The notes under the pieces were generated by a model. It made no database searches. It saw nothing but the letters and a program-made list of their open reading frames with translations, and was not told where the DNA came from. DNA of 64,000 nt, taken from contig LSRY02000015.1 of assembly GCA_001643675.2 (NCBI GenBank), forward strand, positions 1,178,001-1,242,000. The letters are read 5' to 3'. Below, one piece after another: positions 26,469-39,707 of this stretch; within the stretch, counting starts at the first letter, position 1, and every line of letters starts with the position of its first letter. A program made the translations under genes and the position numbers. Source of the stretch: Monocercomonoides exilis PA203. Lineage: Eukaryota > Protista > Preaxostyla.

Positions 26469-29400
26469 ATGAGCAATAAAAATGGAATGCAAGGTTTTAT
26501 TTTTATATTGGAATATTTTAAATTTTTTGAAAAACTCTTTGTTTTCTGTATTTTTGCAAGATTTTGAAACAACACTTCGCAAAATGAGTCGATTAAAGTT
26601 ATTTCAAAATGAACAGGAAACTTCAGAAAAACAATCACTTGATGAAATTGAAAATATTTTGACTGAAATGACAAAAGCTTCTCGTACAGGAATTGAAGTT
26701 CTAAAAAAGGAAAGGGAACAAATGACAAACCAATACATTCAGTTAGAGACAGACTCATCCGATATTTTCGCGAGACTTAAAGTTAAGAACGATCAACTTG
26801 TGCAACAACTTGCTTTCGCTGAGGAAGAAAAGCAGCAACTTCAGTCCACAATTCTTGATTTAAATACAAAAATCGCAGAGCTTGATGCAAGCATTTCAGA
26901 AAAGGTGCAGATGATAACTGAAGGTGAAAGGAAAAAAGATGAAGCTGAAGAAGCTATGAAAGTTCAAGCTGATAAACTTGAAGAAGAGAAACTGAATATT
27001 ACAGAAAATCTGGAAGCAAAGCACAAAGAAGAAATTGAAAGAATTCAGAAAGAACAAGAAAGGAAACTTTCAGATGCAATTTTGAAAGAGAGGGCTTGGT
27101 GGGAACAAGAGTTAGATCGGGTGACGAAAAGCGAAGGGATGAATACAGTGGCGATTGCAGAGCGGCTAAAGTTTGAAGAGCAGGAGCGAGAGAGGATCAA
27201 GATGGACATGGCGCTGAAGGAAAAGCGGATTATTCAGCAGCTGGAAGACGTGACGCGGGAGCGCGATGGGCTTTTAAAGCAGCGGCATCAGTTTGAAACG
27301 AAGCTGAGGCAGCAGTATGATGGTGAAAGAGCAGAGCTTTTGTCGGAGTCTTCTGAAGCGATGAAGAAAAAAGAGGAAGAGATGAGACAGAAAGAGGCGC
27401 GCTGCCAGCGGGCGGCTGCGACGGAGAAGCGGATTATGGAGGAAGAGGCGAAGAGGCTGCGAAACGAGGTGGTGATGGCGCAGAAGGAATTGTTGAGGAA
27501 TAAAAACGAATATCAGGAAGACTTGGCGTTGAAAGAAGAAACCATAAGGCAACTGAGAGAAATGGTTTGTTATTACTATTGTTTGGCTATTATCAACATA
27601 TTTTTTCATTTTCTTCTTTTTCAAACTTATGTTATGCTAATTTCATCTATCTTGAAAATGTTTATTTCAAATTATTTCTCCGAAAATTTTCACATTTACT
27701 CACACTAACTTCACATTGTTCCTTTCAACAGCTCAATTCTGAGCGAAAACAGTACCAGTCTCACCTGCGCGAGCTCAAAGAAGCAGCCGCTGCCGAGCAA
27801 AAACTACGCGACGAGTCGATTTTGTCGCTGAAAGAGGCGATTTCGCGGGAAAGCGGGGCGAAAGAGCAGATGCAGCGGTCATTTGACAACATTTGTGGGG
27901 AGATTAAAAAGAAAGAGAGTGTTCTGATGAAGCAGGTGATGCTCATGTGCGAAGAGCGCGGCAGAGAGACTGAAGAACACGAGGCCGCCAGACACCGCTT
28001 TGTTGTGCATGTGCGGGACTTGGAGAGAGACCTGGATGAGAAGGAAGAGCAGATCGTGAAGGAGAAGGCGAAGACAGACGAGGCAATGAATGAGAAGGAC
28101 GAAGCTGAAAGAGAAGCTGAGAAGGTACTGCAGGCATCGCTTAGATCGACAGCACAGCCGCAGTTGGCTGCATTTTTAATGCAGACGCCTTCATCATCAT
28201 CATCTTCTTCTTCTTCTTCTTCCTCTTCCTCTTCCTCTTCTTCCCTTTCCTCTTCATTTGCAGCTCTTTCATCAACACGGACTTTTCAGCCAACAGCTAC
28301 ACAGATAGGCTTATCTTCTTCTTATGCCTCTCCTTCTTATTCTCTAAAGCCCTCAAACTCTTCACTTGCTTCAACAATCCGTGGGCGTCCGCTTTCTTCG
28401 ACTGTTGCCAGCAGCACAACAACACCCGGAAGCACAAGACACGCCAGATCAGCTTCGCCTTTCGCACAAAACAGTTCAGTGTTTGCTTCTACTCTCAAAT
28501 CTCGTTTTCCTGATCCTTACTCATTTCCTTCTTCTTCATCATCGACTTCTTCTTCTTCTTCAACTTCTCCTTTTTCTTCTACAATCCCCTCTTCTTCCTC
28601 AAACAATCCATTTTCCTCATTTGACATCATTTCAGCCTCACATCGCAGCCTCACTCCACCCCCTTTCCGTCTTTCTCCTTCCATTCCCTTTTCATCAAGA
28701 CATTTGTCTCATAATCCTCCTTCTGGTTATTCCGAACCTTCACTCCAGTCTCCTCCTTCTGTGGAAAAGAAGCGCTCTTCTTTCTCTCTCCCTCAAACAA
28801 ATACTCCTTCTGCTGCTTTATCTGCTTATTCTTCTTCATCTGCTTCAGCACCTGAGCCGCTCACATTCACAGCCACTTCGCCAATTTCTGTGGCAGCTGC
28901 TACTTCTTCTCTTTCTCCTTCATCATCATCATCTTCATCTTCATCTTCATCTTCATCATCATCATCTTCTTCTCTTTCATCTTCTTCTGTTTGTGGAGCA
29001 GATTTATCTTCTTCTGCACTCCACCCGCTTCTTCCATCTCTCTCTCCAACAACATTTATTCCTTCTTCTTCTCCATTTCATCCCTTTTCGTCTGCATCTC
29101 ATCCCTCGTCTTTTATTTCCTCTTCTCCTTCTTCCTCTTCTCCGCCTCAACATCCACTTTCACACTCTTCTTTCACAGCCACTGCATTTCCTCGTCTTTC
29201 ATCATCATCATCTTCCTCTTCCTCTTCTCCTTCGCTGCTTTCTCCTTCTCCATCACCTTCTTCTTCCTCTTCCTCTTTTTCCTCTTCTTCTTCATTGGCT
29301 GCTTCTACCAGTTCATCTTTTCTCACCTCAACTGTCCCAAGAAGATCTTCATTCAACCATCCTTATCCGCCTCTCTTCTCCTCTTTCATTGCACCACATT

Positions 29401-30053
29401 CCCAAATCAATTCTCAACTTTCCAAATCGTTAAGTTCTAATTATGCTGCTGATGATGATGAAACAAACAGAGAAAAAAAGAAGGATGAAGGAGGAAATGA
29501 AGATAATTCTGAAGTTAATAATAGTTTAAATCAAACAAATAAGGAGAAAGAAGGAATTTTTGAAAGAGAAGGACATTTAGAAGAAGAAGAAGAAAACGCG
29601 AATAATGAAATAGATCAACAAGAAGAAGCATCTTCAGATAAAAAAGAACTTTCTTCTGATTCTCAAACAGAAGTGATGACGATGAAACAAAAGAAAAAGA
29701 AAAAGAAGAAGACGAAACAGAATAAAACAGAACAATCAGGAAGTGATACACCCTCAAAGGTTATTCCGATCGATGAGAGGCCGCCGTGGGTTGGGGTGTT
29801 GGATGAGCCGACAACAACAGCAAAGAAGAAGAAGAAGAAGAAGAAAGCGATGAAAGGATTGAGTTCAACAGTGAAACAAAACAATTCTGAGGAAGGAGAA
29901 GGAGGAGTAAATGAAGAATCTTTTATGAATACAAATCAAACAACATTTGCAACAGAAACTGAAGGACAACGAAATAAAACCAAAAATCCTTTACAAACAC
30001 CAAAAATACACCAAAATCCAAAGAATGCTGTTCCATCTCTCACTTTGGCGTAA
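26469..30053 (+). CDS. ~1,116-aa protein with long N-terminal coiled coil, Ser/Pro-rich middle and Lys-rich tail; exons 26469-26493, 26561-27564, 27732-30053
   Basis: Phase-compatible junctions CAAG|GTTTTA...TGCAAG|AT and ATG|GTTTGT...CAACAG|CTC join the 408-aa and 828-aa track ORFs. E/K/Q/R/L-rich composition over ~500 aa. Confidence 0.85.
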
Positions 30054-31431
30054 ATGAATGTGTGAAATTTAGAAAAGAAAAACAGCATTTCGAATCATGA
30101 AACTTGTAAAAGTTCCTTGTTATTGTGCTATTTGATTTTCAGTTATTCTTTCTTTCTTTCTTATTTTGATGTAAAGATTGTAGATTTTCAAATTAATCCT
30201 TGCTTTCTCTAAACTTTTTTTCTGTGTTCAATTTTTTTTTTTCATTTTCACCAAAACATTTTTGTCTGCTTAATTCATTTTTGAAGAGCCGAGAACAAGC
30301 TGTGACAGTAATTGTAATGCTCTGATTATTCAAATGAAGATAACAAAAAGAAAATGAAATAAAATAAAAAAAAGGGAAAAGGGGGAAAAAAATTTCTTCA
30401 TTTCATCATCAACAAAATTAAGGATTTATGCAAAGTGTAATTGATGCGATGAAATGAAGAATCCAAAGAAGAAGAAGAAGAAGAAGAAGAAGAAGATATC
30501 AAATATGATGAATATGAAGAAGAAATTGAATAAAGATGAAGCAAAATGCGAAGAGGAGGAAGACTAATAACAGAAAAAGTCAAAAAGAAAATGAATTGTC
30601 TTTTATGATAAAACATTTTTGTTTTTAAAACCAGCTTTACTTTTCAAATGAAGATGGCAAATATCATAATCATCATCAAAAGAATAAAAAAGAAAAACAG
30701 AAAGAAAAAAAAAAGAAATAATAGAAAACAAATAAGCTAAGAGGAATTTTGTCATTTTTCTTTGGAAAAAAAACAAGAGATTTTGTGTGGTCAAAATTTT
30801 TAACAAAATAAAGCAGAAAAGAAGAAAAGAGAAAAAGATGAAGAAACATAAAAAGAAAGAAAGAAAGAGAAAGAGAATATAAAAGAGAATATAAAAGAGA
30901 ATAAAAAATAGAATAAAAAAGAATAAGAAAATACTGTCAACACACACTCATCCACAAAACACTTAAAAAAACAATAAATCTTTTTTTATGAAGTAAAAAT
31001 AAGAAAAAATAAGAAAAAATAAGAAAAATATAAATTTAAATAAATTTCCCTCAATTTCAATCAAAAAAAGAATCATAAATATTTACAAAACCAAAATCAA
31101 AACCCAAAATAAATAAAGAAAAAATAGAAAAAAGAAAAGAAAAAAAAAGATATAAAATGTTAAATCTTAAATTCAACACATAATTTCACTGTACCATCAT
31201 CATCAATAATCACAAAATCAATGAAAATGACAAAATTGCCATTTAACATTATTAATCATCAACCATCCATCGTTAATTATCAACAACTAATCATTATCAC
31301 AATTCAACCTTCTTCCTCTTCCTCTTCCTCTTCCTCTTCCTCTTCCTCTTCCTCTTCTCATTTCTCTCTCTTTCTCTCTCCTTCTTCTTTCCTCTCCTTC
31401 CCCTCTTCACCCCTCCCTCCTCCTCTCCCCC

Positions 31432-33349
31432 TCAAAACTCAATCTCAATGTCCATCTCCGGCGCCTTCGCCTTAAACTTTAGCGCTGCCTCTTCCACTTT
31501 CACCACCCTATCCACAATCCTGATCACATACCTCAGCCCAATCGCTGTGTCTGGCACGCCATAAATGCTCGCCGTCTCCTTCCAGCTCCAATTCTTCCCT
31601 ACCCCTCCACTCCCTATCTGCTTCACGGGCACTTGCCATGTCTCCATCGTTATCACATACTCTCCATCGGGACCACTGCTGCGAGCAGGGAAGGGGATGC
31701 CGGTGGAGGAGACAGGAGGAGGAAGAAGAGAAGAAGAAGAAGAAGAAGAAGAAGAAGAAGAAGAGGAAGGAGGAGGAGAAATGGAAGAAACAGAAGAAGA
31801 AGAAGAAGATGATGATGAACATCCATTCATTTCTGACATCATCATCATCTTCTCCTCCCCTTCCTTCTTCCTCGTAATCCTCATTTTCCTCACAATATTC
31901 GACCGGAAGCAGAGGCGGAACGGTGTGCAAAGCGAGTCTTCCGCAAAGCGATCATCAGGAGGCGGGCACATCATCCGAATGATCAAAGTCTTTCTGCCGT
32001 ATTGGAAGTGGAAGAGGGCAGAACGAGGGGAAAATTCGAAGGAATCGAAAGTGACTGTCTCGATGTGCACTTGATCGGATCCCGTGGATGGAGGGGAGAT
32101 GGAGGGAGGGAGGTGGGTGGATTTGGAAGAGGAGGAGGAGGAGGAGGAGGAGGAGGAGGAAGAGGAGGAGGAAGAGGAGGAGGAAGAGGAATAAGATGGT
32201 TGAGAAGAAGATGATGAATAATTTGAAGGAAAAGAAGAAGTCGAAAGCTGTTCCATTCCCCCAAACAAACCTGTTTGTTCTTTCATTTGTTTTTCTCTTT
32301 CTCTTTCTCTCTCCTTCTCCTTCTCCTTCTCCTTCTCTTTTTCCTCTCTCTCTTTCTCCTTCTGCATTTGCAGCTGAGCCATCCACCTTTGTTGCATTGA
32401 TGCTTGCGGAGTGACTGAGAAAGAGAAAGTGGAAGAAGAAGAAGAAGATAATGATGGTAATGAAGATAATGATGAAGGAGGAGGGTAATAAAATGATTGA
32501 TTTGGTAAAAAGAGAGAGGAAGAGGAAGAAGAGGAGGAAGAAGAAGCTGACGATGATAAAGATGGAGGTAATGATATAGGCAAAGGAAAAGTTGAAGATA
32601 AAGAAGAAGAAGAAGGCAGAGAAGAAGAAGGATAGAGAAAAGGAAGATAAGGAAGTGTTGTGTTATTTGGAAGACGAACAATATTTGGGAATGGAAGGCT
32701 GTTCTTCAATAAACCTTCTTTTTCTTGTTTTGGAATGGAATTTGAGGAAGGCATTGAAAAAGAGGTTGATTGGGAAGAAGAAGAAGAAGAGGAGGAGGAG
32801 GAGGAGGAAGTAGTTTGATTAGTTTTATTCGATTCAGAATTCATTTGTGAATCATATGTGTTATTTTTAATACCTTCATCATCAGAAGAGGAAGAAGAAA
32901 CTTGTACAGAAGGAGCTAGTGATGTCATAGAAGGCATTTGTGTTATTCCACCCACAGATGACAACAAGGAAGGGAACTTGAAAGAAGGCAGCGATTCTGA
33001 GAGAGACTTATTTGGGAGGTTAAGACTATTACTGCTACTGTTACTATTACTATTACTATTATTAACTTTGTTATTAAGACTATCATTCATATTGCTATTT
33101 AAACTGTTCTTGTTTATATTCACATCACTCATATTCGCATTCGAATTAGAATTCATATTTGCGTTATCACTATTATGGTTATTATAGTTAGAGCTCATAT
33201 TTGGAGAAGAAGAAGCAGAAAGAGAAGAAAGAGAAGAAAGAAAAGAATCAGCTGGTGAAAATGGAGAAGAAGCAGGCGATTGCTCACAACTGGAAAGAGA
33301 AGAAGAAAGAGGGAAATCTGCTTTGAGAAGAGGAGAAATTGAAGAAGAA

Positions 33350-33384
<35 letters not shown>

Positions 33385-34352
33385 AGAAGAAGAAGAAGAA
33401 GAAGAAGAAGAAGAAGAAGAAAAAGAAGAAGATGGTGAAGGAAGAGGAGAAGAAGAAAAAGAAGAAGAGGAAAGAGAAGAAAGAGAAGGAGATTTAACCG
33501 CAGTTGAAGTGTAAGAGGAAGAAAGAGGGGAAGGGTTAGGGGGATGGCTGAAAGGAGGGATGAAAAACGAATGAGGAACAGCTGGATTGAAGAGAGAGGA
33601 AGGAAGAGAAGAAGAGGAGGAAGTTGAAGAAGTTGAAAATGATAAAGGAGAAGAAGAGGAAGAAGCAGTAGAAGACATAGAAGAAGATAGAGGAGGTGAA
33701 GCATCAGCCATTTGAGAAGAAGAAGAAGAAGAAGAAGAAGAAGGTGACATGAATGAAGAAGGGGATAATGTCATAGAAATAGGGAAAGAAGAATTCATAG
33801 AAGAAGACAAAGAAGAAGAAGAAGAAGACATAGATGAAGATAAATGCATTTGTGAAGGCATCGACATTGAGAGAGAGGAAGGAGAAGAATTATAACCACC
33901 ACTGCTTATATTACTGCCACTGTTATTACTGTTATCATTTGCAGACAGAAAGAGAGGGGTAGAATTTGCTGAATACAGACTGAACTGCGGATTTTGCTCG
34001 TATGCCGGCAAAGAAGAACAAGAAGACAGCAGTTGCTCTGCTCTTCTGATGTTATCAGCAGTTGAATGAGCATGTGGTGCATTGTCTGTTATTTCTTGTT
34101 GTGAATACGGATTTTCTTGGTTGGATAACAAAATTGAGGAGGAGGAGGAGGAAGAAGAAGAAGATGATGACGAATAACTGTTTCCTCCTTCGCTTGAAGG
34201 GTACATCATCATCATCGAAATCATCATGTTCATATTCATATTCATTCCCATAGAACTATCACTGAAGAGAGGGCTGGAGGGATCGAGGGAAGAGAAAGAA
34301 GGTTGGAAAGAATATTGATTGGAATTTTGTAGGTGGAGAGGAGGAGAAGGAA

Positions 34353-34386
<34 letters not shown>

Positions 34387-36166
34387 GGAAGAAGAGGAAG
34401 AGGATGAGGAGGAAGAAGAAAAAGAAGAAAGAGGTAAGTTGAAAGAGCCGTCTAATGAAGAGAAATCTGTGTGTGTGGAGAAGAGGAAAGCGGAAGAGTC
34501 AGAGAAATCAGTGGGTTGTAGAAGGGAAGGGGAAGGGGAAAGAGAAGAAGAAGAAGAGGAAGAGGAGGAAGAAGAAGAAGAAGAAGAGGATAATGAAATG
34601 GAAGATGAAGATGAAGAAGAAGAGGAGGAAGAAGAAGAGGAAGAAGAAGAAGGATAAGATGAAGTGGGGCCGAGGATGGTAGAGATGGATTGATCGCTGA
34701 ATGTGAAAGGAGGATAAGACAAAGACGAGGAATCAGAGCCAAATGGAGCAGAAGTCATGTCCAATGAAGGAGATATGGCTGGAGTGTAGAACATGTTGTG
34801 GTCGAAGGAGGAGATGCCTGAGAGAGAAGAAGAGGAAGAAGAAGAAGAAGAAGAGGAGGAGGAGGATAAAGAGGAAGAGGAAGAGGAAGAAGATGAGGAA
34901 GAAGGAGATGGAAATGATGATGATGATATGGAAGATGAAGTGGCTGAAGAAGCTTGTTGTAAGTTCTTTGAATCATTTGCATTTGGAACATTTTGATTTG
35001 AAATGTCTGATCGAAAAGAAGTGCTCACTTCAGAAGAAGAAGAAGTCGACGGAAATGAAGAAGCACTTTTTGATAGCATTGCTGAAGATGAAGATGAAGA
35101 TGAAGACGAAGGAGAAGATTGATTTTGCATTGATTGAGTCAAAGAAAAGAGCGCATTTGTTTGCTTGACGCCTTCAAGTTTTCCCGAAGAATCAGATGAT
35201 TTTTTTATATCAGGTGATATTAAATCTTTCGTGTCCACAACAGATTCTCCTTTGATAGCCCGTAACTGCAATGACTGATGTGTCATTGGATTAATTTGTC
35301 CAAAGGATTCAGCCGATGCAATGTTTGAGGAGTTTGCTTGAGCAGGACTCGACGAAGATGATGATATTTGAGAAGATGGCAATGGTGGAAGAGAATATAC
35401 TCCACTGTTTTGTCCTGTGCTCATCGGAGGCGAATCTGGTGGAGGAGGTGAAGGAGGTGGAGAAGCTTCGACAAAATCGTCTCGTATGTCTGCATTATTA
35501 TTCTGTTCAGGTGTGAATGCACCATCTTCTTTTGATTGTGAAGGAGTCAAATCAAGAGAAGATGGAGGTGTTGGAGAGCTCTCTCTTTCACGTGCAGAAG
35601 GGTAAACAGGAACTTCAGATCTGAAACTTAAGAAAGAAGTTGAACCAATACTTGATGAATCAAATGTATTAAAAACGCTTTTTTTAAAATGAAAGCTATT
35701 CAAAGAATTGCTCAGCGCCTCCATATCACTTGTTTCAGTTGAAGTATCCCAAGCTCTTTGATTTCGAGGAAAGAATAGGGCTGACGATCCAGAGGATTGT
35801 GAAATTGCATCATATTGGTTATATTCAAAAGGAGATCTAGCGGAGTTTGTTGGAAATAAATATGAAGAAGCTGCAGTTGGATCTAGTTAAATAAAAAATT
35901 GATTTTCATAAAATTATTATTTTATACTCAGAAATTCAAACCATTTTGATAAAAAACTGTAGGATTCGACGGTTGACTAAAATGAATTGCAATAAATTAA
36001 CACATATATTGTAAAAAATAAATGCAGCAATTGAAATTATTTATGCATATCAAAATCGGCAAATATTATTATTTTCAAAATAAAACTTTGTTGCATACGG
36101 TTCATTGAAATGTTGTTGATATGTCATGGCTCCGTTCTGCTCTGTGGAACTGTAAAGTCGAGTCAT
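31432..36166 (-). CDS. ~1,517-aa poly-Ser protein with a folded C-terminal domain (possibly PH-like); exons 36166-36099, 35976-35942, 35882-31432
   Basis: 1430-aa track ORF extended by two phase-compatible small exons (MTRLYSSTEQ...NEPQPSNPTVFYQNDPTAAS). The C-terminus has globular composition. Confidence 0.82.
33340..33421. repeat. Near-perfect (GAA)n run encoding a ~27-residue poly-Ser tract on the minus strand
   Basis: Seen directly; one of the longest such tracts in the window. Confidence 0.9.
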
Positions 36167-36557
36167 AGTCCAAAGAAAGAAAATGAATATTTAGAAAAGA
36201 TAATTATATTTCTTTAACCATTATTTACAGAAAACAAAAACTTATCTTAAAAAAAAGCCACAGCAAAAACAATAATCTTCATCATCTTTTATTTTCACTC
36301 TATGTTTCAATTATCGTTTGCTCTTTCAAAATAAACCAGTTTATTATCACATTCTCTGACAGCTAAAAAGATAAAAATTCTTACAAAAAATAAAAAACTA
36401 AGAAAGCAAGAAAATGTAAAAAATTCAACTGCTTCCCTATCGATATAACGTTGAACATGCATACAGTTATAAGAATTAACACACTTGCAAAAAAGTTTAC
36501 TAAGAACAAGTTAGTTACAATTAAACAAACAAAACAATTTCAACAAAGTTTGTAAGA

Positions 36558-38237
36558 CTAATTTGAGCATAAAGATAGTTTTTGTTGGGCAGCAGATGCA
36601 TTATACAGACCATCTGCGCAATTTCGTTCTTGAATTTTATTGATTTCATCTTGCTTGGCCTGCTGATAAACTGATGAAATCATTGAGAAATTTGGATGTG
36701 ATGCAAAAGAAACGCACATTGATGATTGGTGATTCAAAACAGAATGCATCAACGAAGGAGCAGACGAAGGTACATAATCGTGGCTATTTGAACAATTCAG
36801 CGAGGAGATGTCAGATTGGTCGGAGTTTGGGCATGAAATATAAGTTGAAGAAATAGAAACCAAAGAAGAGGAAAAAGACTGCGAAGAATCATCAGAATAC
36901 GTTGGAGTTGATGTCAAAGAAGAGGAAAGAGACGAAGTCATCAGTGAGCTTGCCATAAGAGGTGCTGCTGCTTGTCTTGTTTGCTTTGCAGAGCGCACAG
37001 AGCAATCAACAGGAGAAGCAGCAGACGGCAGGAGAAGTGGCGAATTGTGGGATGATGTGGTGATTGTGGTAGTGGTTGTAATTGTTGGTGTGATGGAATC
37101 AGGAGTGATGGATGTAGTCGAAATTGACAAAGAAGAAGAAGAGGAGGAGGACGATGAAGAAGAAACAGCAGTAGAAGAAGTTGATGGTAATGCAGATGAT
37201 GGTGATGAAACAGAAGAGATAGATTGGGATGTGAGTGTCTGTGTAGATGTGATTGGCAGAGCCGCTGCGGAAGAAGAAGACGATATCATAGTAAAAGATG
37301 AAGAATTAGTATTCACGTCTTCTACTGTCGGTACTGGAGCTGGTGCTGTCTTTATGACTTCTTGTGAAACATGATGCGGAGACGGTGAATTCAAAATGTG
37401 CAATGTTTGGATTGATTGAGGAAGAAGATCGCGATTCGATCCATTCTTTGAATGTCTGTTATGCATCAACGTTATTTCAAATCCGAGGGATTCCATGTGC
37501 TTTGTGAGAAAAGATTCCTCTTTCGTGATCTCGACGAGATCCTTGAAAACCACATCTATCTCTTCAGAGCGAATAAAAAGAGAAAAATCAAGCGTAGCCA
37601 TCAACTCTTGCTCCATCATATTGAACTTTAATGAAATTGAAAATATTCGATCATTATTGAAAACACATAAAAAACTCTCTTCAAAAACCTCTGAAATTGG
37701 GAAGAACTTCCCTCCAATTGTTATCCAATCTTTGTTCTTATATGTAACATCATCCAAAAGCTTTGAAGCAATTGTGACACTCACCAAATAAAGGCGATGA
37801 GCGTTGAGCCAGCAAAACGGCAGCCAAGGCTTTGTCATGACGAGTCTGCGGATGTAGACCAGAGCACAGAATAAATTCACATCACTGATTCTTGATATCT
37901 TTTGAATGCCTGAAATCCATGTTTCCAACGGCACTTTTGTAACTGGGTTTTGTAGATTACTTCCTTCAGCTCCCAACGTGTAGGGCTTCATCCTTAATAT
38001 TTTTGTTAATAGTTCATTTGAAAAAATAATAAATTAAATCAAAAAGGCAAACCACGAACGAAGAAGTGTAGCAATTGCACAATGAAATTGCGATGAAATG
38101 AGTTTTTCTTGTTTTTTAGATGTTGAAGAAGACTGCGATGATTTTTCTCTTTTTTCATGAATCTGATGTGTTCTTTGCATGCTCAAATTGTTTCTGGTGA
38201 AAGCCGATGTGAATTGACTGCTGTAACTCCGGAACAT
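36558..38237 (-). CDS. PHO80/PCL (P/U-type) cyclin with Ser/Thr-rich tail, ~518 aa; exons 38237-38053, 37992-37689, 37625-36558
   Basis: Cyclin-box motifs ALVYIRRL, NAHRLYLVSVTIASKLLDDVTYKNKDW-IGG and (E)FNMMEQELMATLDFSL are typical of Pho80/Pcl cyclins. Removing a 63-nt GT-AG intron restores the expected spacing. Confidence 0.9.
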
Positions 38238-38426
38238 CTTGAGTCTACAGAATTGACATGTTGCAACATTTGTAAACCAAGTCCAATGATACGAAAAAGA
38301 ATCATAATTACTAATGACGGGTTTTATTTGTCAACAAAAAAATTATGCTAAGGATCAAGAAATGGAAAAAAAATATCACAGATGAAATGAAATCTTCTAA
38401 AAGATGAAGACATAATATGGAACACA

Positions 38427-39494
38427 TTATTTGAAGTGAGTATATCCATTATAGGTATTCCAGCAAGGGCTAAACAAAAATTTAACTCCATCCTAAAATA
38501 AATAAATAAATAATTGAAAAAAAGGCAAAATTAAAAGAAAAAAGAAAATTGTTTCAAAAGAAGAAACGAAAAATCGAATATGATTTTACCATTACATTTA
38601 TTCAATTTAACTGAAATAAAGAGAAAATCAAACCCTTATGCAAAGGATAACTGTGTACCAAAATTCAACATGAGGAAGCATCATTATTCCACGTCTACGA
38701 TAAAAGCATCCCTGTGAAATAAAACGGTGTAATATTGTTTAAAATTTCAACACAACTAAATAAATTGGATAAAAGAGAAAATCAAACATTCACCACGATC
38801 CCAATTAATATATATAAAACAGAAACTCCAACAACAATAATACATCCAATGGAACCCCAAGAAAGAACAGAGCTCACCGGACATCCCTTTGGAGAATACC
38901 AGTCTATTACGAATGAACTTGAACTTTAAAATAATTCAAATTTGAAATTGTTGAAAAATGAAAAATATATTAGACCTAAAAAAATTATTAAAATACCAAC
39001 CTTGAAGCTAAATTCATCTTTTCGCTTTTTGAGCATCGCAATCGAATTGTGAAATATCCAGAACGAACATAATCACTTGAATCTGAATTTTCAACATAAA
39101 CTTCGAAAAAGACTTTTGATTGAATTAAAAATTTCAAACATTGGAAAATTATTCCGCCTCTGTCTTTAATGAGTGCAGTTGTGACCTTGTTTTGATCTGC
39201 AAAAGGAAAACAATACATGTTTCTGTATCCGACAGCAATAAAATCTTTAGCATCGCAGTATTCAAGATGCTTACAACTTACAGGCCGCCTGAAATTGAAA
39301 TAAATATCGTAAAAGGTACTATTCAGGCGATAATAATCGTCACTGAAAATTCGTCAATTGTGATAAAATAAATAAATATTGCATGCTACAAACCCTTCTT
39401 TTGCAAGGCCTGTAAAATCAAAGTTTTGGTTTTGAAAAGTGAAGATTTCACGACCTTCAACAAAGAAGAAAAATAGATATGTAAAAATTATCAT
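38427..39494 (-). CDS. ATG27 / cation-dependent mannose-6-phosphate-receptor-like type I membrane protein (MRH domain), ~227-240 aa; exons 39494-39394, 39342-39001 (possible 39-nt intron 39139-39101), 38923-38788, 38711-38634, 38492-38427
   Basis: Spliced translation: signal peptide MIIFTYLFFFFVEG; FDFTGL; YDIYFNF-RPVSC; IRLRC; FVIDWYSPKGCP; TM LSWGSIGCIIVVGVSVLYILIGIVVN; tail RGIMMLPHVEFW...IRDGVKFL...YNGYTHFK*. All junctions are GT-AG and in phase. Confidence 0.82.
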
Positions 39495-39707
39495 TTTTGT
39501 TCCCATATTACTTTTATGAAGTTCAAAAAAAGGAAATTACTTCAATAATTTTCTTGAATAGCAGCTGAAACTTAAAATAATAAAGTTTGAATAACAAAGA
39601 AAATGAGTTGCTTTGAAAGTCAAAAAAAAAAAGTGCTTGGTAAAAAACTTATTAACAATAACATAAAACTGAAAAACTGAATTTTTTCTGGAAAAAGCAG
39701 GTGATAT

